From Eledone cirrhosa (taxonomy: Eukaryota): a stretch of 64,000 bases of DNA. The notes beneath the pieces are model-generated. The model was given only the letters and a program-made list of their open reading frames with translations, did no database searches and was not told where the DNA came from. Shown here in pieces: positions 49,252 to 61,827 of the stretch. The translations under genes and the position numbers were made by a program. Numbering within the stretch: position 1 is the first letter of the stretch; each line of letters begins with the position of its first letter. The stretch lies in NCBI GenBank assembly GCA_964016885.1, contig OZ024742.1, positions 132,308,001 through 132,372,000 of the forward strand, written 5' to 3'.

Positions 49252-50990
49252 CTTGTTTGTTGGCTACGTCGAAGTCAAGATCTTCTCCCAGTACGCTGGA
49301 CCGGCTCCTGAGCTATACGGTCGTTATATCGACGACTATATCGGCGCCACCTCTCTATCACGAGAACAGCGCAACTGTTTTCTTTCTTTTGTCCAATCTT
49401 TCCACCCTGCTCTCAATTTCACCGCCTCCGTCTTCGATTCCTCTGTCGCTTTTCTAGATATCTCTCTATCTATTAATCACTCTCACCACACCCTATCTAC
49501 TTCCATCTTCATTAAACCAACCTACTCCCAATCTTACTACGATTCACCTCCTCCCACCCACACCAAATACTCCTACCCTATTCCCAATTCCCCCATCTTT
49601 GACGACGCTAGCCAGGACGACGATTTCGAGACCCATTCTCATCGCATGGCTTCCTGCTTCATACAGCGTGGATATCCCCCCACCCTGTCCAAGCTGCTCT
49701 CACCCGCGCCCGTGAAACAGACCGCACCACAGCCCTCTCATCTCACCCGTGCTATTCCAACACCCGTGTTCCTTTCCCTCTCGCATACCACCCGATTACC
49801 CTACCACTACGGCAACATATCCTCCGTTCCTTCTGTATCCTCTCTTCTGACCCCGATATTTCTCGCTTTTTTTCAAAACCCACCCATTATTGCTTTTAAG
49901 CGCGCTCACAACCTCCGCGACCTCCTGGTTCGCAGTTCCTTTTCGTCCTCTCCCACGATTCCACCCGGCGCTCATCGTTGTTCCCGTTCCCGCTGCAACA
50001 CTTCTCCCTTTTTTTTTCCACCCTCACCACTCTTACAGGCATTAACGGGTCTTTCCGTATCCGCCATTCCTTCACTGCACAACCTCCCACGTTGACTATA
50101 CGCTCCGGTGTTCCCTTTGCGGGTCTTTATATATCAGACAAACGGGACGCAGTATGGCGGACCGTTTTGCCGAACATTTGAGGGACATACGACTCGGTTT
50201 GGATACTCCGTCACCCGTTATTTCTGTTCTCCTGGACGTTCTTCCCTACATGTTTCAGTCCTGGGTGTCATCGTGGATCACAGGCCTCGCGCACCGGGAC
50301 TGAACAAAGTCTGGTTCACCGCCTTCTGTCCTAATCCCCACTTGGACCTCCCCAATTTCTCTAATACACCGTCCATTATCATACCCCTCGATTCCTATCG
50401 CTTTCTCTTGATCATTAGCAGCTTCTCTTACACCTAATACATGCCGACAATATATGCTCACTCCACTTTTCCCTTCACTGCTCTGTATACACACATACAC
50501 ACCCTTATATAACATACTTTTGCTCATAGCTTCGTACTTAAATGCACACACACTCTTTTACTCACATATACACACACTTTTCTTCTTAGCTTCCTACGGC
50601 CGTATAAAAACAGACACACAGACACACGCACGCACATACATACACACACACAAACACATGCTTGGGCACGTGCACACGTATAACTCTTTTTACAAAACGT
50701 TTTTTTTTTCATTTCAGGTAGACGCGCTCCATCAACCACTTTTCTAAAAAATAAATCATACACAAAACGCCAGCACCAACAGTTTTGAAAGAGATGTCAA
50801 CATGAATGGACCTGTTATTTTTATCTAAAGACATTTTTTTCCAATTCCATCCCGTCCGTTCTCAATCTTTCTTCTGATGAAGGACTAGCGTCCGAAACGT
50901 TAGGACCCTCTTCCTGCTATATCAAGCGTTAACCTAATATATCCCTTCCATATACTGTACCGATTGTGTTGTTATTTCTATTAACATACA
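49252..50990 (+). mobile_element. Neptune-type Penelope-like element, 5'-truncated at (TA)n, degenerate
   Basis: LFVGYVE..YGRYIDDYIG..LNFT..VAFLDI..FIQRGYP..PIIAFKRAHNLRDLLVRS..CSRSRCN..; GIY-YIG remnant at ~50090-50250; pLTR hammerhead. Confidence 0.88.
50870..50905 (+). ncRNA. Minimal type I hammerhead ribozyme
   Basis: tctt-CUGAUGA-a-ggac tagc gtcc-GAAA-CGUU-agga; palindromic ACGU typical of dimerising PLE hammerheads. Confidence 0.8.
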
Positions 50991-51000
50991 TACATATATA

Positions 51001-51048
<48 letters not shown>

Positions 51049-51054
51049 CATATA

Positions 51055-51090
<36 letters not shown>

Positions 51091-51117
51091 TGTATGTATG
51101 TATGTATGTATGTATGT

Positions 51118-51425
51118 CTGAGAGTGGGACTGGTTTTGTGCAGTACCTTTGCTCACTATAAAAGCTTCACGGCACAGGCATTGCTTTATATCTGGAGATC
51201 TCTCTGCACTTGTCGTCACATGGTACCATGGGCCCAGCACTATGTGTCAATAATTGTCACAAGTGTAGTGTTTGTACCAGAGTTTTCAAGTCTCTGGCTG
51301 GACTAAAAAGTCCCACTCGTTCAGCGCATCAGTAGGGGTTCTCCTACATGGATATAAAGTAGTGGCCGTACTCGAAAACGAGTTGGCAGCCACCATGTAT
51401 GTATGTATGTATGTATGTATGTATG
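51118..51425 (+). mobile_element. RTE-like LINE 3' end with (TATG)n tail, inserted in (TATG)n
   Basis: HKCSVCTRVFKSLAGLKSH zinc-finger-like end; 3' UTR gtggccgtactcgaaaacgagttggcagccacc followed by atgtatgtatg. Confidence 0.6.
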
Positions 51426-51735
51426 TGTGCCTGCGTGTATCAACAAACATCGTATGTAAAGCTTGAACTTTCGAACCTACGCACCTTTGAGTAAAAGTTT
51501 ATGGAAAATGCGACAATGTAGAACAGTCGAATCACAAGGCTAGGATCACACATAAAGCTACTAATAAAGTCAGGGATATATTATATATCTTGTGTCAGAT
51601 AGCTGACTTATTAAAATACATATACTCTACTCGAATTATCGAGTACGTAACTGAATATGGCCTTACTTGTCTAACTGGTAACTTACCATCTATCTATCTA
51701 TGTATCTATCTTTTCTCTCTCTTTCTCTCTCTCCC

Positions 51736-51773
<38 letters not shown>

Positions 51774-51989
51774 CGTGTGTGTGTATGTATGTGTGTGTGT
51801 AAGTAATTATATATATAAATCCTAATAAAATAACTGGATTCATTCACAAAACTGGCAACAGTTTTTTTGTTTTTGTCTTCAGAATATAATGTAACAAACA
51901 ATGCTCATATTTTTGTATTCATAAATGCTTACGATTATTTTTTATCTTATTGGTGGATGCGTAACTTATTCATCAATCATATCAGAGAT

Positions 51990-52330
51990 ATCAAGCAAAT
52001 TTGCCTTGTCTCTCTTACTGTAAATATTAGCTAATCTATTCAAACATTCTCGCAACATAGCGTCCCGAAACTATGACTCAATTCGATTGAGGAGACTGAT
52101 ACAGTTCCCATTAGGGATCATCATTGCTTGCAATGACAGCAAAACGCGTAATGCAATGAGAACATTTGGGAAAATATCGTCCAATGTCAGTTTCAATATT
52201 TGACCATAAATTCTGTACAGCAATATAGCATCGAGTTTGAATTCACATATACAAATTATTTTCAGAAGTACTTCACTGTAAATGTCAGTTGAAATATGAC
52301 ATGTGCATCGCTCTGAAACTGATTAACGTT
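51990..52330 (-). pseudogene. Decayed hAT transposase C-terminal dimerisation domain
   Basis: Minus translation LDDIFPNVLIALRVLLSL..NRIES*FRDAMLRECLNRLANI resembles FPN..IALRI.LT.P..ERSFS..LRSTM.QERL..LA. Confidence 0.55.
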
Positions 52331-52493
52331 TTGCTACAACTCATTCTCATCTGTTTAAAATACCCACAATTATCGAAATACCACGAATGTGCCAGGCTGC
52401 AGAAAGGTGACGCGTATAACCAAAGTCAACAAAATAAATTACGTTGGAAAACACATCCAGACTGAAGCGATTTTTAGCATCATTATTACTATG

Positions 52494-52615
52494 ATCTGAG
52501 TTCAAATCCCGCCGAGGTTAACTTTGCCTTTCATCCTTACGGGGTCGATAAAATAAAGTACCAGTAATGTACTGGATAATTGCTGGCCTTGTGCCAAAAG
52601 TAGAAACAATTATTA
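52494..52615 (+). mobile_element. 5'-truncated Nin/Deu SINE
   Basis: tctgagttcaaatcccgccgagg..gtagaaacaattattac; follows attattact. Confidence 0.85.
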
Positions 52616-52756
52616 CTTGGATAAAACATACAAGGGCCAACACTCACCAACACACGTAAGTTGATTAAAACATGCTTTTCCTCAAGTACAACATTCAATC
52701 TTTTCTTACTTTCGGAGTACCTGCTTGCATGATTAATATTATCTTGTGTTCCATCA

Positions 52757-53170
52757 GGGCGGCGTAGTGGCATTATCGGTAGAGCGTTGGACAACATGAT
52801 TTGTGACATATAATCACGGCGCATGGCTTGGTGCTTACCGGTCATTGACTTTCCCTTGGACAACATCGCTGGCGTGGAGAGGGGAGGCTGGTATGCATGG
52901 GCGACTACTGATCTTCCACAAAACAAACCTTGTCCAGGCTTGCGTCTCGGGGGAAACTTTTTAGGTGTAAAATCATGGTCATTGGTGACCGAGAGGGGCC
53001 TCGAGGTCACGGCAATATACGTTCTGAGTTCAAATCACGCCGTGGCTAGATTTACTTTTCATCCTTATGAGGTCGATAAAATAAAGTATCAGTAATACAC
53101 GGAGGTTTGATATTTATTGACTTTCCCCTTCCCTCAAATTGATGACTTTGTGCCTAAATCAGAAATAATT
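52757..53170 (+). mobile_element. Nin/Deu SINE variant interrupted by a 186 bp insertion (52821-53006) with 7 bp TSD tcacggc
   Basis: Head 52757-52820 and core 53014-53170; tcacggc at 52814-52820 and 53007-53013. Confidence 0.75.
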
Positions 53171-53461
53171 ATTCATGAGTACTACCGAATAATGGGAAAG
53201 TGTGAAAACATTGATTAAAAAAGCTGACATCAGTACACGTTTAAAGGTCTGTAAACCTGGTTTGATAACACGAAAATCAGACTTACACACTGTTGTCGTT
53301 CTTAGGTTTACTGAGTTTACCTCGCCATGTTGAACATTATCCAATACAAATGGTATTACACAATGAATTCCCAGTAATCATATGCTACCTTCACAGATCA
53401 CAATGTCTTTATCATGTGCAATCATTTGTTTCTGTGTATTATTTTTATTATTATTTGACTC

Positions 53462-53642
53462 AGGGAGTGGATTGGCAGTGTATGTAGAGCGTCAGACAAC
53501 ATGCTTTTCGGCATATAGTTGCGGCCCTTACGTTCAAATCCTGTTAGCTTTGCCTTTCATCCTTACGGGATCGATAAAATAAAGTACCAGTAATGCACTG
53601 GGAAACTGCTGGCCTTGTGCCAAAAGTAGAAACAATTATTAC
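53462..53642 (+). mobile_element. Nin/Deu SINE
   Basis: gggagtggattggcagtg..tttgcctttcatccttacgggatcgataaaataaagtaccag..gtagaaacaattatt; preceded by (TTA)n. Confidence 0.85.
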
Positions 53643-54020
53643 AGAAAAAAGGCTTTCGTTGATCGAACAACTTGAACACTCATAAAATCCACGGAGATCC
53701 GTGCTTTCCATTTATAATCAGTTTCTGCAATATTACCTTATTTATTAATAACTCGTTCTTGTCAAATAGTTATCAAGACGATCAAGAACATTCTAGGAAT
53801 TACATTGCAAGTGCTGTCTGGCTAGGAAATTCGTGAATAATTTTCACTTTTCGACACCTCCTTTCTGCACATTGGAAAACTTTCTCTTTGTTACACCACT
53901 TTCATAAATGTTTGACTGACCAACAAATCCGATCTACAAAAAAAAAAAAAAAAAAAAAATCATTGCTGTCCTTTTACATATTTAACATTGGTAAAACATA
54001 TATTATTATTATTATTATTA

Positions 54021-57000
54021 TTGGTATGCTCGCTCCCAGTAAGTCGCTTTATTTGTTGTTAAATTTTTCTTCTTCTGTAAGGGATATAATCCCTTGGACT
54101 TTGCTCTATGAAGGGGAAAGTATAATATTTGGGCCTTTTGGCCCAAATATTTGAACATTTTACTTTTAAAAATTATAAAACAAACACGGATAAGCCACGC
54201 TGCCAGCAATATGTCTGCTGTCGTGTGACAACGGCGTAAAAGTTGAGAGGGGGGGCTACAGAAATTGATACAACAAACACCACCACAAACAACGTGAACA
54301 AAAACAACAAAACTGAAAACACTAATTTAAAAAAAAATTATCACACCAACGACAACAATAACAGCGACAACCAACATACAGACAGCAGAAAAAAATGACA
54401 ACAAATGCAACAACGATGCACCACTAACACGAAAATAAACAACGACAACACTAATAGCAACAATACAAATTGCACCAAAAATAACAACAACGGTGGCACC
54501 AAAAACACAACCAACTACAACAGTGATAACAGCAACAACACCAACATTACCGTTTGTCGCAGTAGCAACAGCAACAGCACCAACAACAAGACCAGTAGCA
54601 GCAGTAGCAGCAGCAATAATAGTGCCGCTGAAAAAGGGGCCATTTCTTTCGCAGTTGTGGCCCGAAATATAGAGACAATGCTAGTCACGGAGGAGGTGAT
54701 GGCAGTCGCAAGAGCCATGGTGACAAGTAATGACAATAGAGTTTCCCTGAAGCCGCCACCCGATTTCTTCAAAGACCAGCAGCTGCGCACGGTGACTTAC
54801 CGCACCGAAAGCAAAATGTCACATCGGTTGGAGAGAGCTAAGGAGGCTCAAATCCAAAAGGCTTTGGGGTGCGTCTGGGCGCGCAAAACCCACATCACCC
54901 GAGGCAAAAAGTACACCACAGTAGACGTACTTTTCGCCACCCCTCAAGAGGCGAAGTGTCACTCTTTGGTAACCCTAAAGAGTGAGGAGATATTCTTGCT
55001 TCCATCTACTGCGTTCAGAAAATTGTCAGGGTCCCGCCGAACGTGCTCATACCTTGGTTGACCGCGTCTGTACTTGCTGGAATCGATGACAGGACCACCA
55101 TACTGCAAATAACGAGAATGGGACGAGAGAACTGGTCATGTATAGGCATGCAAATGCTAATACACCCAAGACCACGGACAACTAAAGCAGCGGCAGCAGT
55201 GGCGGCAGCATCAACAGTCGCAGTAACTACACCGGCGGCAAAATCGCCGGAGCGGGCTCCACTACCACCACCAACAGCCGTGGAGCTCATACCCCTCCCA
55301 GATTCCACAGAATCCGATATGGAGTATGAGGAGGTATTGAAGTGGCAGGAGGTCTGCCACAAAAACAAAAACGAAAAATCACTTAGCTTCGTCCTCCAAA
55401 AGCGAAGGCAGACAAAGAAGGGTAAAGGCTGCAAGGAGACTTACAGCAACACCACCTCCATCATCATCACCACCGCAAGCATAACCACCAACAACAACCA
55501 CTCCACTACCAGCATCAACAGAAACACCAACATGGCAAACACAACAATGCACACACACCCAACAGCAACAAGAAAACAGCAAGGAAATCACCCCTCCTCC
55601 AAAAACGTACACAGCCATAAACATTGCACACCAAGGACTAGTGAAACATAAAACAACCCAAAGACATTACAGACTCAAATCACCAACACCAAGAAGATTA
55701 ACAAAAAAACATTAACATAGTGGAAATTGAACTCGAAGACTATAAACCATTAAAACAAAATCTCCAAGAGAATCTATAAAGATATCGTCTTGGAGACACC
55801 CATGACCAGCCGAAGGGATGGTTCTACTGTCCCTTCCACACACGATCAAGGTAAGTGATCCTTTCTCACTTACTCCGTTCTTCATCCAATATGGCAGTAC
55901 TTAGAATAGGCAGTATAAATGTACGTGGCCTGGGGTCATCTTGGAAGCAGGGTCACCTGCTGAACGACCTCTGGTCTCTAAACATAGATGTGGTGGCCAT
56001 CAGCGAGACCAGAATTCCCGAAGCACGAGCCTTCGCACAGATCTTCGGCGACTACGATGTAAATGCATCTCCAGCCGTCCAGGATCGGGCGGTGGGGTGG
56101 GGTGATGTGCTTTTTCGGAGAGACTTGGATCTCGCCATAAAGGCAATCTTCCTGGACCCAGAACGTAAGTCGGTGGTGCTGGACGTGACCGGCAGCGAAG
56201 GCAATGCTTTCAGGCTAGTAGCCGTCTACACTTCAACAGGGACAAGACGGCCAGATTTCTTCAGACGTCTAAAGACCTTTCTTGGAACGTCCCGCTCCTT
56301 AGTGCTAGTGGGCGACTGGAACGGTATCTTAGATGCACGCTGGGATTATGTGGAGCTAGTAAACAGGGCAGGAGGGTGTAAAAGCCTGAACAAGCTGCTC
56401 AGACGTTTTGAACTGTCTGACAGGTATAGACTGGATTATCCGAATTTGCCAATGTGGACATGGGCAAACCGCTTCGCGTCATCCAGATCGTTATTAGACA
56501 GGCTATTCTGTAGGGAAACAGATAAGGCTAGTGTAGGTTGTCCACATTTTATAATAGTCGAGTATACGGACCACAAATTTGTTATCTGTGAAGTTGACTT
56601 AGAGAGACTCCATAGGCAAGGGCCCGGTTACTGGAAGGTGAACGAGTCGTTCCTAGCGCGCAAAGCTTACATATACCGGATTAGCGAATTATTTAAGGGT
56701 GCGTTGACGGGTGCGATCGTCAATAACAGGTGGTGGTTTACCCTGAAAAGGGCTCTTAGAGTAGAATCGATAAGGTTTAGCAAAGGAGTAGTGATAGTAG
56801 GAAATAGAGTAGAGGAAGAGTTAGTTAGAAAGCCAGAAGAGGCGTTTAGGACAGGTATCGCAACCGACGTGCTTGCGGCGAGATTAGCACTCGACCAATT
56901 CTTGAACGCAAAGCATGGAGGCTGCGTTGTCAGAGCTAGAGCGCGTGCTCTAAGACACGAGGGGACGAAAGCCGTTCAATGCGCCCGGGTGGTGGAGGCG

Positions 57001-58428
57001 CGACGTGGCAACACATCCACAATTCGGTCTTTGCCTGATTAAAACGGGCGCATGTTACTCGAACCCGAGCAGATGTGTGCGGCTTTTACCAATTGTTAGG
57101 GAGCGGCGGCGAGCCGGTTCAGAGTATGGACTTCGGTGCATACATCGCCGGACTGCCGCGGCTCTCCACGACCACAGCGAAGTGCTTCCAAAAGCCGATA
57201 ACAGCAGGTGAAATACAGGAAGCGATGTCTGACTGCACGATGGGTAAATCGCCAGGTTTGGATGGTGTATCCTACGAGCTTTATGCGTATAAACCAGACT
57301 TGTTCGGTGAGCTCTTGGCAGATGTCTACTGCAACTGGCAGGAGAACGGGAGCATTCCCAGTATTTTGTGAGCCGGGGAGCGGTGGCGCTGCTGAGAAAA
57401 GACCGGAATAAGGGGGACGATATAGACAACTTGAGGACCATAAATCTGCCAAGATTTTGGCCAAGGTGTTAGCAAAGAGATTGGCGCTTGTCGTCTGTGA
57501 TCTGGTGGGTGAGGCGCAGACATGCGCCAATCCGAACAGATTCATCTAACACAACCTCCATCTCATGCGATACATCATAGAGAGGGTGGTTAAGGAACAT
57601 GGCACGGGTGGGGCCCTGATCAACTTGGATCAATCTAAAGCATTTGATAGGGTCGACCATCGGTACCTGGCTGCGGTACTCGCGGCGACAGGCTTCGGGC
57701 CTGTTTTTAGGGGCTAGATCGCTGAGATGCACAGCGACAGCTGCTCGATTGTGAGGGTGAATGGTCACCTGGCGCAGCCTTTCAGAATCATATGCTCGGT
57801 CCGCCTGGGTGGCTCCCTCTCGTCCCTCTTGTACGTACTGGCTCTCGAGCCATTACTGCGCAAATTTGAGAGGCTGAGGAGGGTCCCACCCGAACTGGAA
57901 TGCGGGAGATTCTTGTCAGGAAGACCTCACCGTGGTGGTGTCGAGCACCAAAGACTTTCAGATGCTTGGCACCGCTCTCAAGGAATACGAAGCGGTGACA
58001 GGAGTAAAGATAAACCAGGAAACGTCGGTGGGCTTGCAACTAGGTACCTGGAGATCTATGTGCATGCCGTCCGACAGCGTCGTGGGGCGCTGAACGGAGG
58101 GACGGGTTAAATTGCTCGGGGTCTGGTTCGGTCCTGACCTCCAGATGGAGAAAAACTGGAGCGAGGTGACGAGCAGGGTGGCCTTTCTCACCCAGAAATG
58201 GGCCGAAAGGAGGGTGTCTCTGAAAGATCGGGCGGAGGTGGCGAATGCGTACATCGCCTCCATCATCTGCTACCCCCTGACCGTCGTACCTTCCCCCGCC
58301 CAACTCTTATCAAAATGGATCGCCTTCTCTTCCGCTTTCTGTGGAAGGGACGTGCTCCCATGTTCAGACTATCCATTTGCTGTCAACACCCGTTGCTGAT
58401 GATGCGCAAACATGCACTGAGGCTGCAT
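54021..58428 (+). mobile_element. Tx1-like LINE copy F: 5' end after (TTA)n, ORF1 ~54200-55850, ORF2 from 55891, 3'-truncated
   Basis: MAVLRIGSINVRGL..SETR..GDWNG..YTDH..YWKVN; RT DQSKAFDRVDH; ends abruptly at an RTE fragment. Confidence 0.93.
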
Positions 58429-58429
58429 T

Positions 58430-59790
58430 CAGTCTTTGATGTTGGGATGTACGGGTCATGAATACTGGTCAGTATCACAACGGACGACTACGACTTCGTG
58501 TGGGAACTGCAGTGATCCGTGATACGGGACAATTCGTGAGAGACAATATACTTTTTTTCTGGCAGGAGAAATGCATATATGAAGCCAGAGAGCATGGTAT
58601 TCGTTTTGTTTTGAGAAACTCACTGTTGAAAATGGTGGAATTCGACCGCGATGGTTCACAGCGTATTCTCTCACTCCGATTGCACACTTCAGATTGGCCT
58701 CTGAAACTTGTCAATGGTTATGCCCCTAAACTCTATTCCACAAAAGATGACAAGGAACAAATTACGATCAGCTCTCAAGAAATATACAGGTGATCTGAAA
58801 TGGCGAACAGCTGGTGCTACTTTGCCACTTTAACGCCAGAGCTGGAGCTGACTACTTAGGTCTCAATAGGGTGTCTGGGATCGCATTCTGAGGATCAAAG
58901 TCAGCACCTCATGAATAAACCCTCGAAATTTAATGTACTGGGCGAAAATGTCAAGCAGCCCCTACCATCACCAGCAACAACTACGATCTGGAAGAGATTC
59001 ACGAATTAATTTACCTCGGTTCTACCATCTCTGACAACCTTTTCCTGGACACCCGAGATGTGCAGGAGTGTTGGAGGAGCAGACTCCACGTTTCCCAGGC
59101 TGAAGATGAGAGTTTGAAAGAACAGAAAGATAATTACAAACAACAAGATAGCTGTCTCCATGGCCTCTGTCTTCAGCACATTCTATTACCGCAATGAGAC
59201 ATGGAGCTTCTACTCCAGACAAGAGCGGCGTCACAATGACTCCCACATTCGTAGACTGAGACGCGTTTTGTATATCATGTGGACCGACCCTGACACCAAT
59301 ACTGAAATCCCAAACCGCTCAACGATACCCAGCATATACAGCCTGCTTAAACAGCACCGTCTGCGCTGGTTCGATAAAATACATCGTAGGCCGGACGGGA
59401 GGATCCCAAAAGACCTACGGTATTGGGAACTGGTGCGAGAATGACCGGCGCAAGATCACGAGAATGGCCACATCTTCGTTTCAAAGACATTTGCAGGAGA
59501 GATATCAGATTACTAGATCTGAACTCCCAGAAATGGGAGGAGGTCGCTAATGAACGGATACTGCGCAAGGGCACAGAGCGGAGGAAAGAGATACTGAAAC
59601 TGCCTCCGTGGAAACGCGTGCTCAACAAAGAACAATACAGAAGCACCGCAGGAGAGCATCTTAAAAAGCAGTCGCTGTATACAGCACTGACATTCGTGTG
59701 GGCCTGTATAGCCAAAGCAAACACTGCACCGCAATCAGCAGTTGATACAAAATTCTCCAGGAGAAGATCCATTTCGAAAGCGACAGATAA
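58430..59790 (+). mobile_element. RTE-clade LINE remnant (APE fragment and post-RT C-terminus; RT core deleted)
   Basis: REHGIRFVLRN..RILSLRL..NGYAP; ETWS..HIRRLRRVL..W.D..N.EI..LKQHRLRWF..DGRIPKDL. Confidence 0.8.
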
Positions 59791-60258
59791 TAAAGTTATT
59801 TGCATAGTATAATAAAACTATCCAAATTCATTTCAAACCTCAATTGTTTCTGGAATATATTTAGTTTATTGATAGATTCAAAATTATAAATCATATATGA
59901 ACAGGAAGCCGAATTAGAAATAATTTAACTCTTCCAAGAAAACAATTTCTTTTTTCTTTTCTTTTGAGGATTGAGCAACCAGGCGCACAATTTCACTTAT
60001 CATGGTTATTTGGAGGACATGTGAATCTAGCAAGATAAAAAGTAAAATGTACCAAGAATCATACTTTCAAATTCAGTGCATCAATATGTTTATATATAGC
60101 AGTTGGAAATACTTCAAGAAAAATATTAAACAAGTATCAGTTTAGTGAGCTGGTTTAAATGCCTGTAGCTTTGCAGTCCTAGTTAAAATGTCAGGTAGTA
60201 AGATATAGAAATAAGGTAGCATCCTGTTATTTGTGGTTAAGAAAATAAATAAATAAAA

Positions 60259-60300
<42 letters not shown>

Positions 60301-60660
60301 CAGGGACTTGACTCCTCCTTCCTGCCGTTTGACCTGTGCGAAATTCTATCCTTACTCACATTTCGACCAGGTTTGATAGTTTTTATTCTCTCTCGTCCAC
60401 GAGTTCACAGAACATATGCTCATCGATTTCAGGGACATGACTCCTTCTTCCTCACTTTTCGTTGCATTACCATCTTTGTTTGTTTACTGTCTCGCTCGTT
60501 CCCCCTATTTACGTGTCCCAACGACTTTCTTTAGCTGTTGCTCGCACCAACCAGCGATGAAATACCAATGAAGTTGGAAGATCACTGATGAAGGACTAAT
60601 TTTATTATTTATTCATATGTGACCAATTTGCAACCACGCAGCATGCCATGTTTTCATATT

Positions 60661-60700
<40 letters not shown>

Positions 60701-61119
60701 GACGTAAATAAGAAAGTTATGAAAATTGACTTACTTACTAAAATTTCACTCCAACTAATTAGTTTCTGTAAGGGGATAAATATAGTTACGTAATAACTAT
60801 AGAGAAGTCTTACGTCATCTGGGAGTCTATTCTCAGCTAAGCTTCCAGGCAATGCGGGGACACTGGGAACTTATATAAAAATAATTCAGTGGATGGAAAA
60901 AAGCGAGCGGGGCTAGATTCCAAGCCATTGAAAAATTCACTGACTTCTTGGTCAAGTAGCAAATTCAAAAGAATCAATCACGTAACACGGAGGTTAACAA
61001 GCTTGGAGTGGGGGTGCTATTAAGACAGAGCCTCGCCACTACTATCAGTCACAGTAGTAATTTCGGCAAATTTTGCTCAACAAATAATTTGGAGATAATT
61101 ATATATATATATATATATA

Positions 61120-61479
61120 TAGGAAAGCGAATGATCCTCGGCTTCCGAGTTAAGAATAAAGTAAATAAAATAGAGAGGTAATTGAAATTAAATATATACA
61201 TACACGCATCCATATACGTACATACACAAGCATACACGAAAACACTCGCCATCGGTATGCACATACAAGCACGTACACACAAGAAACACGCACGCACAGA
61301 ACCCACTCAACGAACGTATACACCAAATACACATAAACATATATATTAAAAAAAAATATATATATATGTATGTGTGTGTATGCGTGTATACATATAATTA
61401 TACACGCATACACACACATACTTATATATATATATATTTTTAATATATATGTTTATGTGTATTTGGTGTATACGTTCGT
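61120..61479. repeat. Naiad 3' UTR-derived fragment ending in an ~85 bp-arm palindrome (61310-61479)
   Basis: 61122-61270 is homologous to 13905-14060; acgaacgtatacaccaaatacacataaacat...atgtttatgtgtatttggtgtatacgttcgt. Confidence 0.8.
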
Positions 61480-61827
61480 AGGTGTGCGGGTACAGGCGTT
61501 GCGTGGGTTCTGTACGTGCATATTAAGGGCACCGTGTTTACACACGGCCTTTCTTGGGTATTTAAGCAGGGCGGAGCCCATCCCACTCCAAGCCTGAGCA
61601 CAACAGATTTCTTCCAGAAAAAAATAGAATATGCGAGAGAGGGAAAATGAGAAAAATATAGAGGAATAATCCACCCCTGTACTATATATATATATATATT
61701 ATGAGGTTAACTTTGTTGCAATTCGATTCGAGCACTCAACGTACTTTTTCCACATAGGAGTGACGGAGTATATTGATCCACCTCATCAAAACTTCCTACT
61801 ATCATTCAAACATCTCCCTAGTATTAG

